From Bacilli bacterium (lineage in GTDB: Bacteria > Bacillota_I > Bacilli_A > RF39 > UBA660), in the NCBI GenBank assembly GCA_017625395.1, contig JAGALD010000044.1, positions 1,248-65,247 of the forward strand: a stretch of DNA of 64,000 bases, read 5' to 3'. How positions within the stretch are numbered: the first letter of the stretch is position 1; the number at the start of each line of letters is the position of its first letter. This document shows positions 1 to 8,378 of this stretch, piece after piece. Below the pieces are notes generated by a model, which worked only from the letters and a program-made list of their open reading frames with translations, did not search any database and was not told the DNA's origin. Position numbers and translations under genes: made by a program.

Positions 1-1256
1 ATCAATTCTTTTAATTTATTTTCTAAATATATTTTTAATTTATTATTTGATATAATTAAAATTTCATTATAAAGTTTAATCATTTCATTAGAAACATCTC
101 TTACATATTCTTTCATATGATTATTTATTATATTATCCATTAATTCATCTAGTTTTTTTTCTCTAATAATTGGAGATTCACAAGTAAGTACTCCTTCATT
201 TTTATATTTCTTACATACCCAAGTAGGATTGCTTCTCCTATTTGATCCTGCACATCTAACAAATATTTCATTATGTTCACTACAGATTAGTTTAAATGTA
301 TATCTAGAATCATCAATTATTATTTGGCTTGCCATAATATGAGTATTTCTTGCTTTATGTTTTTTTTCATAAATTAAATTTGCTTTATCCCATAATTCTT
401 CAGATACTATTGGTTCAATCAAATCTGTTTTATAAATTATATGTTCTTCTTTTGGTACCTTAATTTTTTTATGAGTTTTATAACTTTCTACTTTTGTTAA
501 ATTAGCTGTATAATACCCCTTATATCTAGGGTTAGTTAGAAATTTTTTTAAGGTTGTCCCAGAATATGGCTTACCATTTTTATTTTTGTATCCTTTCTTA
601 TATAAAATATCCGCTATTTTTTCAAATGAATATTTTCCAGTTACATATAAACTAAATAATGTTTCAATAATTGGTCTTTCTTCTTCATTAATAATCATTT
701 TTCCATCTTTTCTATAATATCCAGTTAAATTACCACCAATAACTTTTCCATCTTTAATCATTCTTTTAATTCCAAATTTAACTCTTTCTGATAGTTTTCT
801 TACTTCATCTTGAGCAAGTGATGACATCAAGGTTAACCTAAATTCACTATCTGGATATATAGTATTAATATTATCACTTATAAAAAATACTACTGTTCCA
901 TTATTAAGTAGTTCTTCTGTATATTTTATACTATCTATTACATTCCTAGAAAATCTAGATATTTCTTTTGTAACTATTAAATCAAGTTTTCCAGTTTTAG
1001 AATCCTCAATCATTCTTAAAAAATTATCTCTATTTTTTATACTAGTTCCACTTATACCTTCATCTATGTATTCTCCAACTAATTTCCAATTCTTATTTTC
1101 ATTTATCATTTCTTTAAAATAATTAGATTGATTTTCTAAACTATTTAATTGATCATCTTTATCAGTAGATACTCTTGCATAATAACCAACATTTAAATTC
1201 ATATCAAAAATGGTTCTTCCAAGCAATAACTCACTTCTAGTTTTTACAATATTCAT
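1..1256 (-). CDS. large serine recombinase (5' end complete, 3' end runs off the window edge; absent from the ORF track because the frame is not closed in the window)
   Basis: I translated the minus strand from the ATG at 1256. It reads MNIVKTRSELLLGRTIFDMNLNVGYYARVSTDKDDQLNSLENQ (YxRVST catalytic-Ser motif), then LDLIVTKEISRFSRN. A recombinase-domain stretch follows: GKYSFEKIADILYKKGYKNKNGKPYSGTTLKKFLTNPRYKG. After that comes a Cys-containing zinc-ribbon-like region and a helical tail. The frame stays open to position 1. Confidence 0.85.
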   Translation of the reverse strand, partial: MNIVKTRSELLLGRTIFDMNLNVGYYARVSTDKDDQLNSLENQSNYFKEMINENKNWKLVGEYIDEGISGTSIKNRDNFLRMIEDSKTGKLDLIVTKEISRFSRNVIDSIKYTEELLNNGTVVFFISDNINTIYPDSEFRLTLMSSLAQDEVRKLSERVKFGIKRMIKDGKVIGGNLTGYYRKDGKMIINEEERPIIETLFSLYVTGKYSFEKIADILYKKGYKNKNGKPYSGTTLKKFLTNPRYKGYYTANLTKVESYKTHKKIKVPKEEHIIYKTDLIEPIVSEELWDKANLIYEKKHKARNTHIMASQIIIDDSRYTFKLICSEHNEIFVRCAGSNRRSNPTWVCKKYKNEGVLTCESPIIREKKLDELMDNIINNHMKEYVRDVSNEMIKLYNEILIISNNKLKIYLENKLKEL

Positions 1257-1374
1257 TTTCTTGCTCTTTCATTATTTTTTCGTTTGCTAACTTGAATTCT
1301 TCAAATGTTATTTTACCTTTTTGATATAACTCTTTATTGATTATTAATTTTAATTCTTTTAATATTTTTTTCAT
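1237..1374 (-). CDS. 45-aa protein with SHOCT-like motif, overlapping the recombinase start
   Basis: GGGAGG lies 5 nt upstream of the ATG at 1374. The longer 69-aa track ORF would start inside the upstream terminator hairpin. The motif LYQKGKITFEEFKLANEKIM resembles the SHOCT short C-terminal domain. The last 20 nt overlap the recombinase ATG at 1256. Confidence 0.45.
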   Translation of the reverse strand: MKKILKELKLIINKELYQKGKITFEEFKLANEKIMKEQENEYCKN

Positions 1375-1426
1375 ATATACCTCCCACTTAATTTTATTAA
1401 TTAATTTTATATTTATGTATATATAA

Positions 1427-1460
1427 ATTAAAAAAAGATGATTCACTATAAATCATCTTT
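1427..1460 (-). terminator. rho-independent terminator after the amidotransferase/GNAT/ASCH genes
   Basis: A 10-bp stem, aaagatgatt (1434-1443) pairing with aatcatcttt (1451-1460), has a 7-nt loop. On the minus strand it is followed by a T-run. Confidence 0.7.
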
Positions 1461-1481
1461 ATAATACAAATATTAAAATAA

Positions 1482-2201
1482 TTAATTATTTTTAATTAAA
1501 TAATCAATAAATTCTTTAAATATCTGATTTTCTTCTTCTTTATCAGTTATAAATTCTGGATGCCATTGAACACCAATATTAAATCCTTTTCCGTCTAACT
1601 CAAGTAATTCTATAATATTATCATTGGCAAATCCTTTTATTGAATAAGCACCCGGATTATCTATTTTACATTTATGAATGCTATTAACAACAAATTTTTC
1701 TTTTTTAATCATTGAATAAAGTTTAGAATCTTTATCAATAATTACATCATGCATTTCCATATTTGATAAACTAAAATGTTTTTCTTTTAAATAATTATAG
1801 TTTTCCAATGAAATACTTCCACCTGTTGCTAGAGCCATATTAATACATCCGCAACATATACCTAATAAAGGAATATTTTTTTCTATGCAATATTTGGCAA
1901 TCTCTTGTTCATAATCACAAATTGTAATTCCACCTTCTAATATAATACCATCGCATAAATCAATAGTTGAAAACAAATCACTTAATGATTTCTCATCTAA
2001 ATAATAATTTTGATAAGAAAAAGGTTTGCCTTCTTTTATTTGTTTTATTTTACTTTGAGGAATTATTCCAATAGCAACTCCACCATTTATATTAACAGCA
2101 TCTTTAATTTCATTACTAATACATATTTTATTCCAGATAACATCATCACATTGTGGTTTTCCAACAATTCCAATTATTGGCTTTTTTTTCAAATTAATCA
2201 C
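1482..2201 (-). CDS. class I glutamine amidotransferase / peptidase C26 (gamma-glutamyl hydrolase-like)
   Basis: A nucleophile-elbow-like GICCG motif and a C-terminal VQWHPEF motif. The length of 239 aa is typical of PuuD-like C26 enzymes. Confidence 0.65.
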   Translation of the reverse strand: MINLKKKPIIGIVGKPQCDDVIWNKICISNEIKDAVNINGGVAIGIIPQSKIKQIKEGKPFSYQNYYLDEKSLSDLFSTIDLCDGIILEGGITICDYEQEIAKYCIEKNIPLLGICCGCINMALATGGSISLENYNYLKEKHFSLSNMEMHDVIIDKDSKLYSMIKKEKFVVNSIHKCKIDNPGAYSIKGFANDNIIELLELDGKGFNIGVQWHPEFITDKEEENQIFKEFIDYLIKNN

Positions 2202-2793
2202 CTATTTTCTTAATTTTCTTTTTTAAAACTAAATTTCCATCTTTGTGCTTATTTCTTAATTCTTGAACTTCTTGTTCAGAAAGTGGAGTAAATCCATCGT
2301 ATATTTCTAATGCAACTTTTTGTTCATCAAGTTCTAATGATAAAACATTATTACATGCAACCCAATTATCTTTTAATTCAACAGGATGAAAATTCTTGCC
2401 AATTAGATTATAGCCTGTTTTATCAAATAAATGAACTACAGCATTATTATCTAACCTCGTTTGAACAAATATTAACTGTACATTCATTTTTTGTAATAAT
2501 TTAGTCAATTCGCTTATAGCCATAGTTGCAATTCCCTTACCCTTATTATTTTCAAAAACATAAATACCATTAATTTTTACAATTTTATCTGTGCAAAAAT
2601 GTAGCATTAAATAGCCTAGTAATTCATTTTCGTTATTAATAGATAAAATTTGTTTTTCGCCACTTTTAAATTGTTCCAAGTGATTACTTATCCATGTTGA
2701 ATAATAAGGATATTCTTCAATAAATATTGAAGTTAATGCTTCTACTCCCTTATCGAATTCTTCTTGCGTGCTAATTCTATTTAATTTTATCAT
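2194..2793 (-). CDS. GNAT family N-acetyltransferase
   Basis: Acetyl-CoA-binding-type motif VFENNKGKGIATMAISEL. Overlaps the downstream gene by 8 nt. Confidence 0.7.
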   Translation of the reverse strand: MIKLNRISTQEEFDKGVEALTSIFIEEYPYYSTWISNHLEQFKSGEKQILSINNENELLGYLMLHFCTDKIVKINGIYVFENNKGKGIATMAISELTKLLQKMNVQLIFVQTRLDNNAVVHLFDKTGYNLIGKNFHPVELKDNWVACNNVLSLELDEQKVALEIYDGFTPLSEQEVQELRNKHKDGNLVLKKKIKKIGD

Positions 2794-2851
2794 ACAAAAT
2801 CCCCCCTAAATCAATGATTGTTCTAGCACATAACAGCTATCATGTCAAAAT

Positions 2852-3277
2852 CTAGCGATGTTTTTTATTATTCATAATTTCATATTCGCCATCATAATTC
2901 CATATGTTTAATTGACCTTTCGCAGGTATAGGACATATTGGTTCAACATCTTCAAAAATCCAAGCATATCTACCAATCTCATATAGCCCTAAGTTATATT
3001 CTTTTTCTTCTTCCTTTATTGCATTTAAAAATGTTTCATCCATATAAATGCAATCAACTAAATTTCCTCTACAAATTATATTACCATAATTCATCTCTAA
3101 TCCATCAATTAAATTAACAACATAATCATTATTTAAAAACTCCTTAGCTAAATTTTTACCACTTGCATGTATAAACAATTCTCCTCTATAGTTCGTTTTC
3201 CAACTTCTGGTTTCAATTTTTTTATCACCATTCATAATTAGAGTAGCGAATGGTTCTTTTATACTAATAACCTTCAT
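2852..3277 (-). CDS. ASCH (PUA-like) domain protein
   Basis: N-terminus MKVISIKEPFATLIMNGDKKIETRSW is typical of ASCH domain proteins. Length 141 aa. Confidence 0.65.
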   Translation of the reverse strand: MKVISIKEPFATLIMNGDKKIETRSWKTNYRGELFIHASGKNLAKEFLNNDYVVNLIDGLEMNYGNIICRGNLVDCIYMDETFLNAIKEEEKEYNLGLYEIGRYAWIFEDVEPICPIPAKGQLNIWNYDGEYEIMNNKKHR

Positions 3278-3371
3278 TAATAATCCTCCATCTATACAAC
3301 ATTATTATATCACTAATTTTGTCACTTCTTTAATTATTTTATTAATAATTTAGTTTTAAAAATAACATATA

Positions 3372-4157
3372 TTATTCAAAATAATATAATTCAATAAAAT
3401 TATTTTTAAGATCTAATGGATTATATTTTGATATTTCATAACTTTTAATAATATATGGCATAATTAAATCTATGTCTTTTTCTTCTTTTATTTTAAAATA
3501 TCTACATAAGGGTCCATATGCAGTTCTGCCAACAACTTTAAGAATATTGTCATTATCTTCAACATTTAATAATCTGATATAAATACCATATTTCTTCTTT
3601 GAAATGATTGTAAAATTTCTTTTATTTTTAAACATAAGACCTTTTTTAGTGTAATGGGAAGTAACATTTGATCCAATAGAATTAATTTTAACTAATAACT
3701 TATTAAATAAAGTATCAACTGGATTAACTTTTAATTCAGTTAAATAATTATAAAGTTTATTACATAATCCAATTAAGTATGGTATTTCTTTCAAATCTGT
3801 TATTTTTATATAATGACATAGAGTAGAATTTTCATAACCTTTTCTTATAGATAATTTGTTGAAATTATCAAATTGCTTAATATCTTTATAAAAAGAGATT
3901 AATATATCAGATTGATTAACTTGTACTTCAATGATTTTTTTATTTAATTTATAGGCAACATTTTTCATTAAATAATTTCTTTTAATACTATTATTGATAT
4001 TTAATACTTGCTTATCAAATTCATCAAAAAGTTGTATAGCAATATCTTTTTTATTATAAATTATATTTTCATAACAACTTGTATCTACATTTAATAATTT
4101 TGATTTTCTCTTAGATGCTACTTTATCTACATTAGAAATAACATTAGTTTTAGACAT
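3372..4157 (-). CDS. hypothetical protein (possibly DUF5655-like, two similar halves)
   Basis: An ORF of 261 aa with no catalytic motif that I recognise. The halves NVAYKLNKKIIEVQV and NKRNFTIISKKKYGIYIRL recall DUF5655. Confidence 0.3.
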   Translation of the reverse strand: MSKTNVISNVDKVASKRKSKLLNVDTSCYENIIYNKKDIAIQLFDEFDKQVLNINNSIKRNYLMKNVAYKLNKKIIEVQVNQSDILISFYKDIKQFDNFNKLSIRKGYENSTLCHYIKITDLKEIPYLIGLCNKLYNYLTELKVNPVDTLFNKLLVKINSIGSNVTSHYTKKGLMFKNKRNFTIISKKKYGIYIRLLNVEDNDNILKVVGRTAYGPLCRYFKIKEEKDIDLIMPYIIKSYEISKYNPLDLKNNFIELYYFE

Positions 4158-4240
4158 ATCAATTACCTCACTATTAGAATATTGAACTCCATCATATATT
4201 AAATTATATGTAGAACAAACCTCTAGTTTGGTTGAGTAAT

Positions 4241-5344
4241 TTATATTATTTGCAAGTTTTTCTTCAAATTCAAATATGTTCCTGTATTTACTCCAAGATT
4301 ACAAGAGTTTTCTAATACTTGAAGAAAAGTTTGATGACCGTGACCTCCAGCTTTCCAACAACCAATCCTAGCACCACTTACAGTAACACTACCCGAATCA
4401 TAAAAAGTATCCTTCTCTAAGTCAACAACCCCTTCTTCAATTGCAGCAGCAGTAGTTATTATCTTAAAAGTACTTCCTGGCTCATATGACGCCCATATTG
4501 GAAGATTTCTATTAATCGCTTCAATACTATAATTTTGATAATTATTCGAGTCATATGTAGGTCTAGAACTCATACCTAATATTTCACCTGTATTAGGATC
4601 CATTACAACTGCAAGTGCCATATCAGGACTAAACATCGACACAATATTATTAAGCTCCCTTTCTAAAGACATTTGAATATTATAATCAATCGTTAATTCA
4701 AGATTCATTCCTTGCTGTGGTGCAACATATATATCTGACAATTTAAGACTATTGCCCTTAGCATCAGAAAAATACTTAATCGCACCATTCTCCCCAGTTA
4801 AATATTTATCATACTGTAATTCAATTCCAGAAAGCCCTTGGTTATCAATTCCAACATACCCTAAAACATGAGAAAGCATTTCCCCATATGGATAATATCT
4901 TTTAGATTCTTTAACCAAGTATACACCTTCAAACTCATAACTAGATATCTTATCTGCAACATCGTAAGATAATCCACGCCCTTCTGGATGAACTCTTTCA
5001 ATAGAAGTCTCTTTATAAACATGCTTATCCATTTCTTCTTTAGATACCCCTAATATCTGTGATAACGCACTAGAGACTTCTTCCTTATTATCAATCTGTC
5101 CAGGAATTAAAACTAAACTAGTAGTAGTAATATTATCTGCAAGAACTACACCATTTCTATCTAAAATTAATCCACGATCAGCAGCAAGAGGCAAATTCCT
5201 ACTCCACAAGTCATTAGCAAGTAACGTAAGTTTATCATATTCAAATAACTGTATATAAATCACTCTAACTATTACAAATACAAAAAGTAATACAACAATC
5301 AAAAAAACTACTCTTATTCTTTCATCAATCTTTTTCAAAAACAT
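4241..5344 (-). pseudogene. class B penicillin-binding protein (SpoVD/PBP2B/FtsI-like), truncated after the SxN motif
   Basis: An N-terminal TM helix and a PBP dimerisation region are present. The SxxK motif is in EPGSTFKIITTAAAIEEG and the SxN motif in LENSCN. The ORF stops 17 codons after SCN. The KTG box and the whole C-terminal part are missing, leaving 367 aa where class B PBPs are much longer. Confidence 0.7.
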
Positions 5345-5453
5345 AGCATCACCACTTAATAATATGTAAGAAAAAATAAATTATCTTATTCTTGACAATT
5401 TATCTAATTTTATTTATATTCAATTTGAACAAATTAGCTCTCAGGAGGCAGTT

Positions 5454-6920
5454 ATGTATATAAATAATAAAATTCTTGTAGGAAAAAACGAAACAACAGA
5501 AACAAACATTATACCAAAAATGGCAAATAGACACGGAATGATAAGTGGTGCTACCGGAAGTGGAAAAACAATAACATTAAAAGTTCTAGCAGAAAGTTTT
5601 TCCAGTGCAGGCATACCAGTTTTCCTAGTTGATATAAAAGGTGATTTAGCAGCAACAACAAAATCAGGTGTTACTAATTCAAATATAGAATCAAGACTAA
5701 CTAAACTGAATATAGAAAATTTTGAATTTAAAAAATTTCCAATAACATTTTGGGATGTATATGGAGAATTTGGTCATCCAATAAGAACAACAGTATCATC
5801 AATTGGTTCAAGACTTCTATCTAAAATGCTTAATTTAAGTCCAGTTCAAGAAGGTGTATTAGCAATTATATTTAAAATTGCGGAAGATGAAAATCTTGAA
5901 ATAATTGATTTAAAAGATTTAAAATCAATTCTTAGCTATGTTGGTGACAAAAGAAAAGAATATACACTTGAATATGGAAATATAACAGTACAAAGCATTG
6001 GAGCAATACAAAGAAATATATTAACACTTGAAGAAGAAGGTGGAGACTATTTCTTTGGTAAACCATCACTAGAAATAAATGATTTTATTCGTTTTGACGG
6101 CGAAACAGGAAATGGATATATAAATATATTACATGCATCTAAATTATTCCAAAAACCTAATTTATACTCTACTTTCCTACTTTGGTTATTAACTGACTTA
6201 TATAATAAAATGCCAGAAGTTGGTGATTTAGAAAAACCAAAACTTGTCTTTTTCTTTGACGAAGCGCATTTACTTTTTGATGATATGCCAGAACATTTAC
6301 TTGAAAAAATAACTCAAATAGTAAAATTAATAAGATCAAAAGGAATAGGACTATATTTTATATCACAAAATCCAAGTGACGTACCAGACGAAATTTTATC
6401 TCAATTAGGTAATAGAATTCAACATGTATTAAGATATTATACAAAAAATGATGAAAAAGCTATCAAAGCAGCTGCTAACTCTTTTAGAATTAATCCAGCA
6501 TTCGATACAGAAGAAGAAATTAAAAACTTAGCAACTGGAGAAGCTTTAGTATCATTTCTTGATGAAAAAGGCCAACCTTCAATTGTAGAGAAAGTTACAA
6601 TTCTTCCACCACAAAGTTTAATGGGAGCAATAACAGATGAAGAAAGAAAAAAATTTATTGAAGAAAGTTACTTGTACAATAAATATGAAAAGAAAATAGA
6701 TGAAGAATCTGCATTTGAAAAAATTGAAAAAGAAAATGAAAAAAAACAAGAAGAATTAGAAGAAGAAAAAAAGAAAAAAGAAAAAGAAGAACAAGAAAAG
6801 AAAGAAAAAAAGAAGAAACCTAGCAAAATAGAAAAAGCAATAGATAAATTTACTAATAGTGCAATAAGTACTCTAGGAAGAAAAATCGGAAACTCAATAT
6901 TTAAAAAACTATTTAAATAA
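5454..6920 (+). CDS. DUF853/YjgR-family P-loop ATPase (HerA/FtsK-like)
   Basis: Walker A motif GATGSGKT and Walker B-like VFFFDEAHLLF. The C-terminal tail is K/E-rich. A GGAGG RBS precedes the ATG at 5454. Confidence 0.7.
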   Translation: MYINNKILVGKNETTETNIIPKMANRHGMISGATGSGKTITLKVLAESFSSAGIPVFLVDIKGDLAATTKSGVTNSNIESRLTKLNIENFEFKKFPITFWDVYGEFGHPIRTTVSSIGSRLLSKMLNLSPVQEGVLAIIFKIAEDENLEIIDLKDLKSILSYVGDKRKEYTLEYGNITVQSIGAIQRNILTLEEEGGDYFFGKPSLEINDFIRFDGETGNGYINILHASKLFQKPNLYSTFLLWLLTDLYNKMPEVGDLEKPKLVFFFDEAHLLFDDMPEHLLEKITQIVKLIRSKGIGLYFISQNPSDVPDEILSQLGNRIQHVLRYYTKNDEKAIKAAANSFRINPAFDTEEEIKNLATGEALVSFLDEKGQPSIVEKVTILPPQSLMGAITDEERKKFIEESYLYNKYEKKIDEESAFEKIEKENEKKQEELEEEKKKKEKEEQEKKEKKKKPSKIEKAIDKFTNSAISTLGRKIGNSIFKKLFK

Positions 6921-6953
6921 ACATTTCAAAACATACTAAAATAATATCAAAAA

Positions 6954-6982
6954 AGAGAATGATTTTTATCATTCTCTTATTT
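6954..6982. terminator. bidirectional rho-independent terminator
   Basis: A 10-bp stem, agagaatgat (6954-6963) pairing with atcattctct (6968-6977), has a tttt loop. It is flanked by an A-run on the left and a T-rich tail on the right. Confidence 0.75.
6975..6982. repeat. left 8-bp target site duplication TCTTATTT of the IS
   Basis: Identical to 8371-8378 and immediately outside the left inverted repeat. Confidence 0.8.
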
Positions 6983-8370
6983 GAGTGTGTAAATATTTCT
7001 GTGTAAATGGTCTAACCATGATATATGAAGCAAAATTACTTGCTTCTTTTTTGTTATTTAAATAATAACATATAAAATTAATTTTTCAAAGAACTTAAAT
7101 TCTACCATCAAACATGATAGATAATTCACTCAAAATCATGTCCCAATTGCCATATCTAGTAGTCCATTTTTTAATAATATTTTGAGTAGCTAAATATAAA
7201 CATTTCATTAATGATTCATCATTTGGAAATACAGATTTTGTTTTAGTGTATTTTCTAAATGAACGATTTAATGATTCTATTGTATTTGTGGTATACATTA
7301 TTTTTCTAAGTGGTTCAGAATAACTAAAGAATGGACATATGGCATCCCAATTATCTTCCCAATTTCTAAGTGAAGTTGGATATTTATCTTTCCATTTTTC
7401 TTTTACTTTTTGTAATTGTTCATATCCTAATTTTTCATTTTTTGCAGTATAAATAGTTTTTAAATCATTACAGAATGGCCTTAAATCTTTATAATATACA
7501 AATCTTACAGAATTTCTGATCATATGAACGATACATCTTTGTTGGATTGTTTTTGGAAAAGCTGCTTGTATCGCTTCTTTAATACCTGTTAACCCATCAG
7601 AACACATTATCAAAATATCTTTTATTCCTCTGCCTTTTAAATCGTTTAAAACACCTAACCAAAACTTAGCTGATTCGTTTTCTCCTATCCAAATACCTAA
7701 TATATCTTTTTCACCATTCTCCGTTACACCTAAAACAATATAAGCCGCTTTTTTAACCACAGTATGTTCTTGTCTTACACTGAAATGTACTGCATCTATA
7801 AAAACAATTGGATAAACACTATCTAATGGTCTTTCTTGCCATTCTTTTATTTTTAGTAATATTTGATCTGTTATATTACTTACCATTGTAGCAGATACTT
7901 CTATTCCATATAAATCTTGGATTTGTTCGTTTATTTCTCTAGTTGATAAACCTCTGCCATATAAAGATATTATCTTATCTTCTATACCTGAAACATCTCT
8001 TTTATTCTTAGGAACTATTTTGGGTTCAAATTCACCATTTCTATCTCTAGGTGTTTCAAACTCAAACTCACCAAATTCACTTTTTAATGTCTTTTTAGTT
8101 GAACCATTTCTATAATTTGTTTTATTAGTTGTTTTATCATATTTAGAATATCCCATAGATGAATCAAATTCTGCATTCATCATTTCCTGTAATGAGTCTT
8201 TAAATAAATCTTTTATAGCACTACTTAAATCTTGTGCACTTTCTATTTCATAATTTTCTTGTAATATTTTTAATAATTCTTTTCCTTTGCTTTCTTTCAT
8301 ATAAAAAATCCTTCCATTTCTATTTTATCATGGAAAGATTTCCTATTTACACAGATTTATTTACAGACTC
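6983..8370 (-). mobile_element. IS256-family insertion sequence, complete (1388 bp)
   Basis: The terminal inverted repeats are 6983-7010 GAGTGTGTAAATATTTCTGTGTAAATGG and the reverse complement of 8342-8370, GAGTCTGTAAATAAATCTGTGTAAATAGG. They match at 23 of the first 26 positions. A single 401-aa transposase ORF lies between them, and perfect 8-bp direct repeats flank the element. Confidence 0.9.
7095..8300 (-). CDS. IS256-family (Mutator-type) transposase
   Basis: Stretches typical of IS256 transposases: YPIVFIDAVHFSVR, ILIMCSDGLTGIKEAI, QRCIVHMIRNS and TTNTIESLNRSFRK. Length 401 aa. Confidence 0.9.
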   Translation of the reverse strand: MKESKGKELLKILQENYEIESAQDLSSAIKDLFKDSLQEMMNAEFDSSMGYSKYDKTTNKTNYRNGSTKKTLKSEFGEFEFETPRDRNGEFEPKIVPKNKRDVSGIEDKIISLYGRGLSTREINEQIQDLYGIEVSATMVSNITDQILLKIKEWQERPLDSVYPIVFIDAVHFSVRQEHTVVKKAAYIVLGVTENGEKDILGIWIGENESAKFWLGVLNDLKGRGIKDILIMCSDGLTGIKEAIQAAFPKTIQQRCIVHMIRNSVRFVYYKDLRPFCNDLKTIYTAKNEKLGYEQLQKVKEKWKDKYPTSLRNWEDNWDAICPFFSYSEPLRKIMYTTNTIESLNRSFRKYTKTKSVFPNDESLMKCLYLATQNIIKKWTTRYGNWDMILSELSIMFDGRI

Positions 8371-8378
8371 TCTTATTT
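8371..8378. repeat. right 8-bp target site duplication TCTTATTT
   Basis: Identical to 6975-6982. It contains the stop codon (8373-8375) of the radical SAM gene. Confidence 0.8.

Noticed and set aside
2010-2504. Small plus-strand ORFs opposite annotated minus-strand genes: 2010-2213 and 2310-2504. The same applies to 21769-21957, 22860-23120, 24907-25098, 25635-25820, 41425-41613, 51450-51674, 51768-52091, 53136-53318, 56824-57045, 57103-57297 and 59585-59800
   Set aside because: All of them are embedded antisense in better-supported genes. They have no RBS and biased low-complexity composition. I treat them as chance ORFs.
4216-4230. A small inverted repeat, caaac-ctcta-gtttg, just past the PBP stop, considered as a possible recombinase attachment site
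   Set aside because: It has only 5-bp arms in an AT-rich intergenic region. The other end of the putative element is outside the window, so no comparison is possible.
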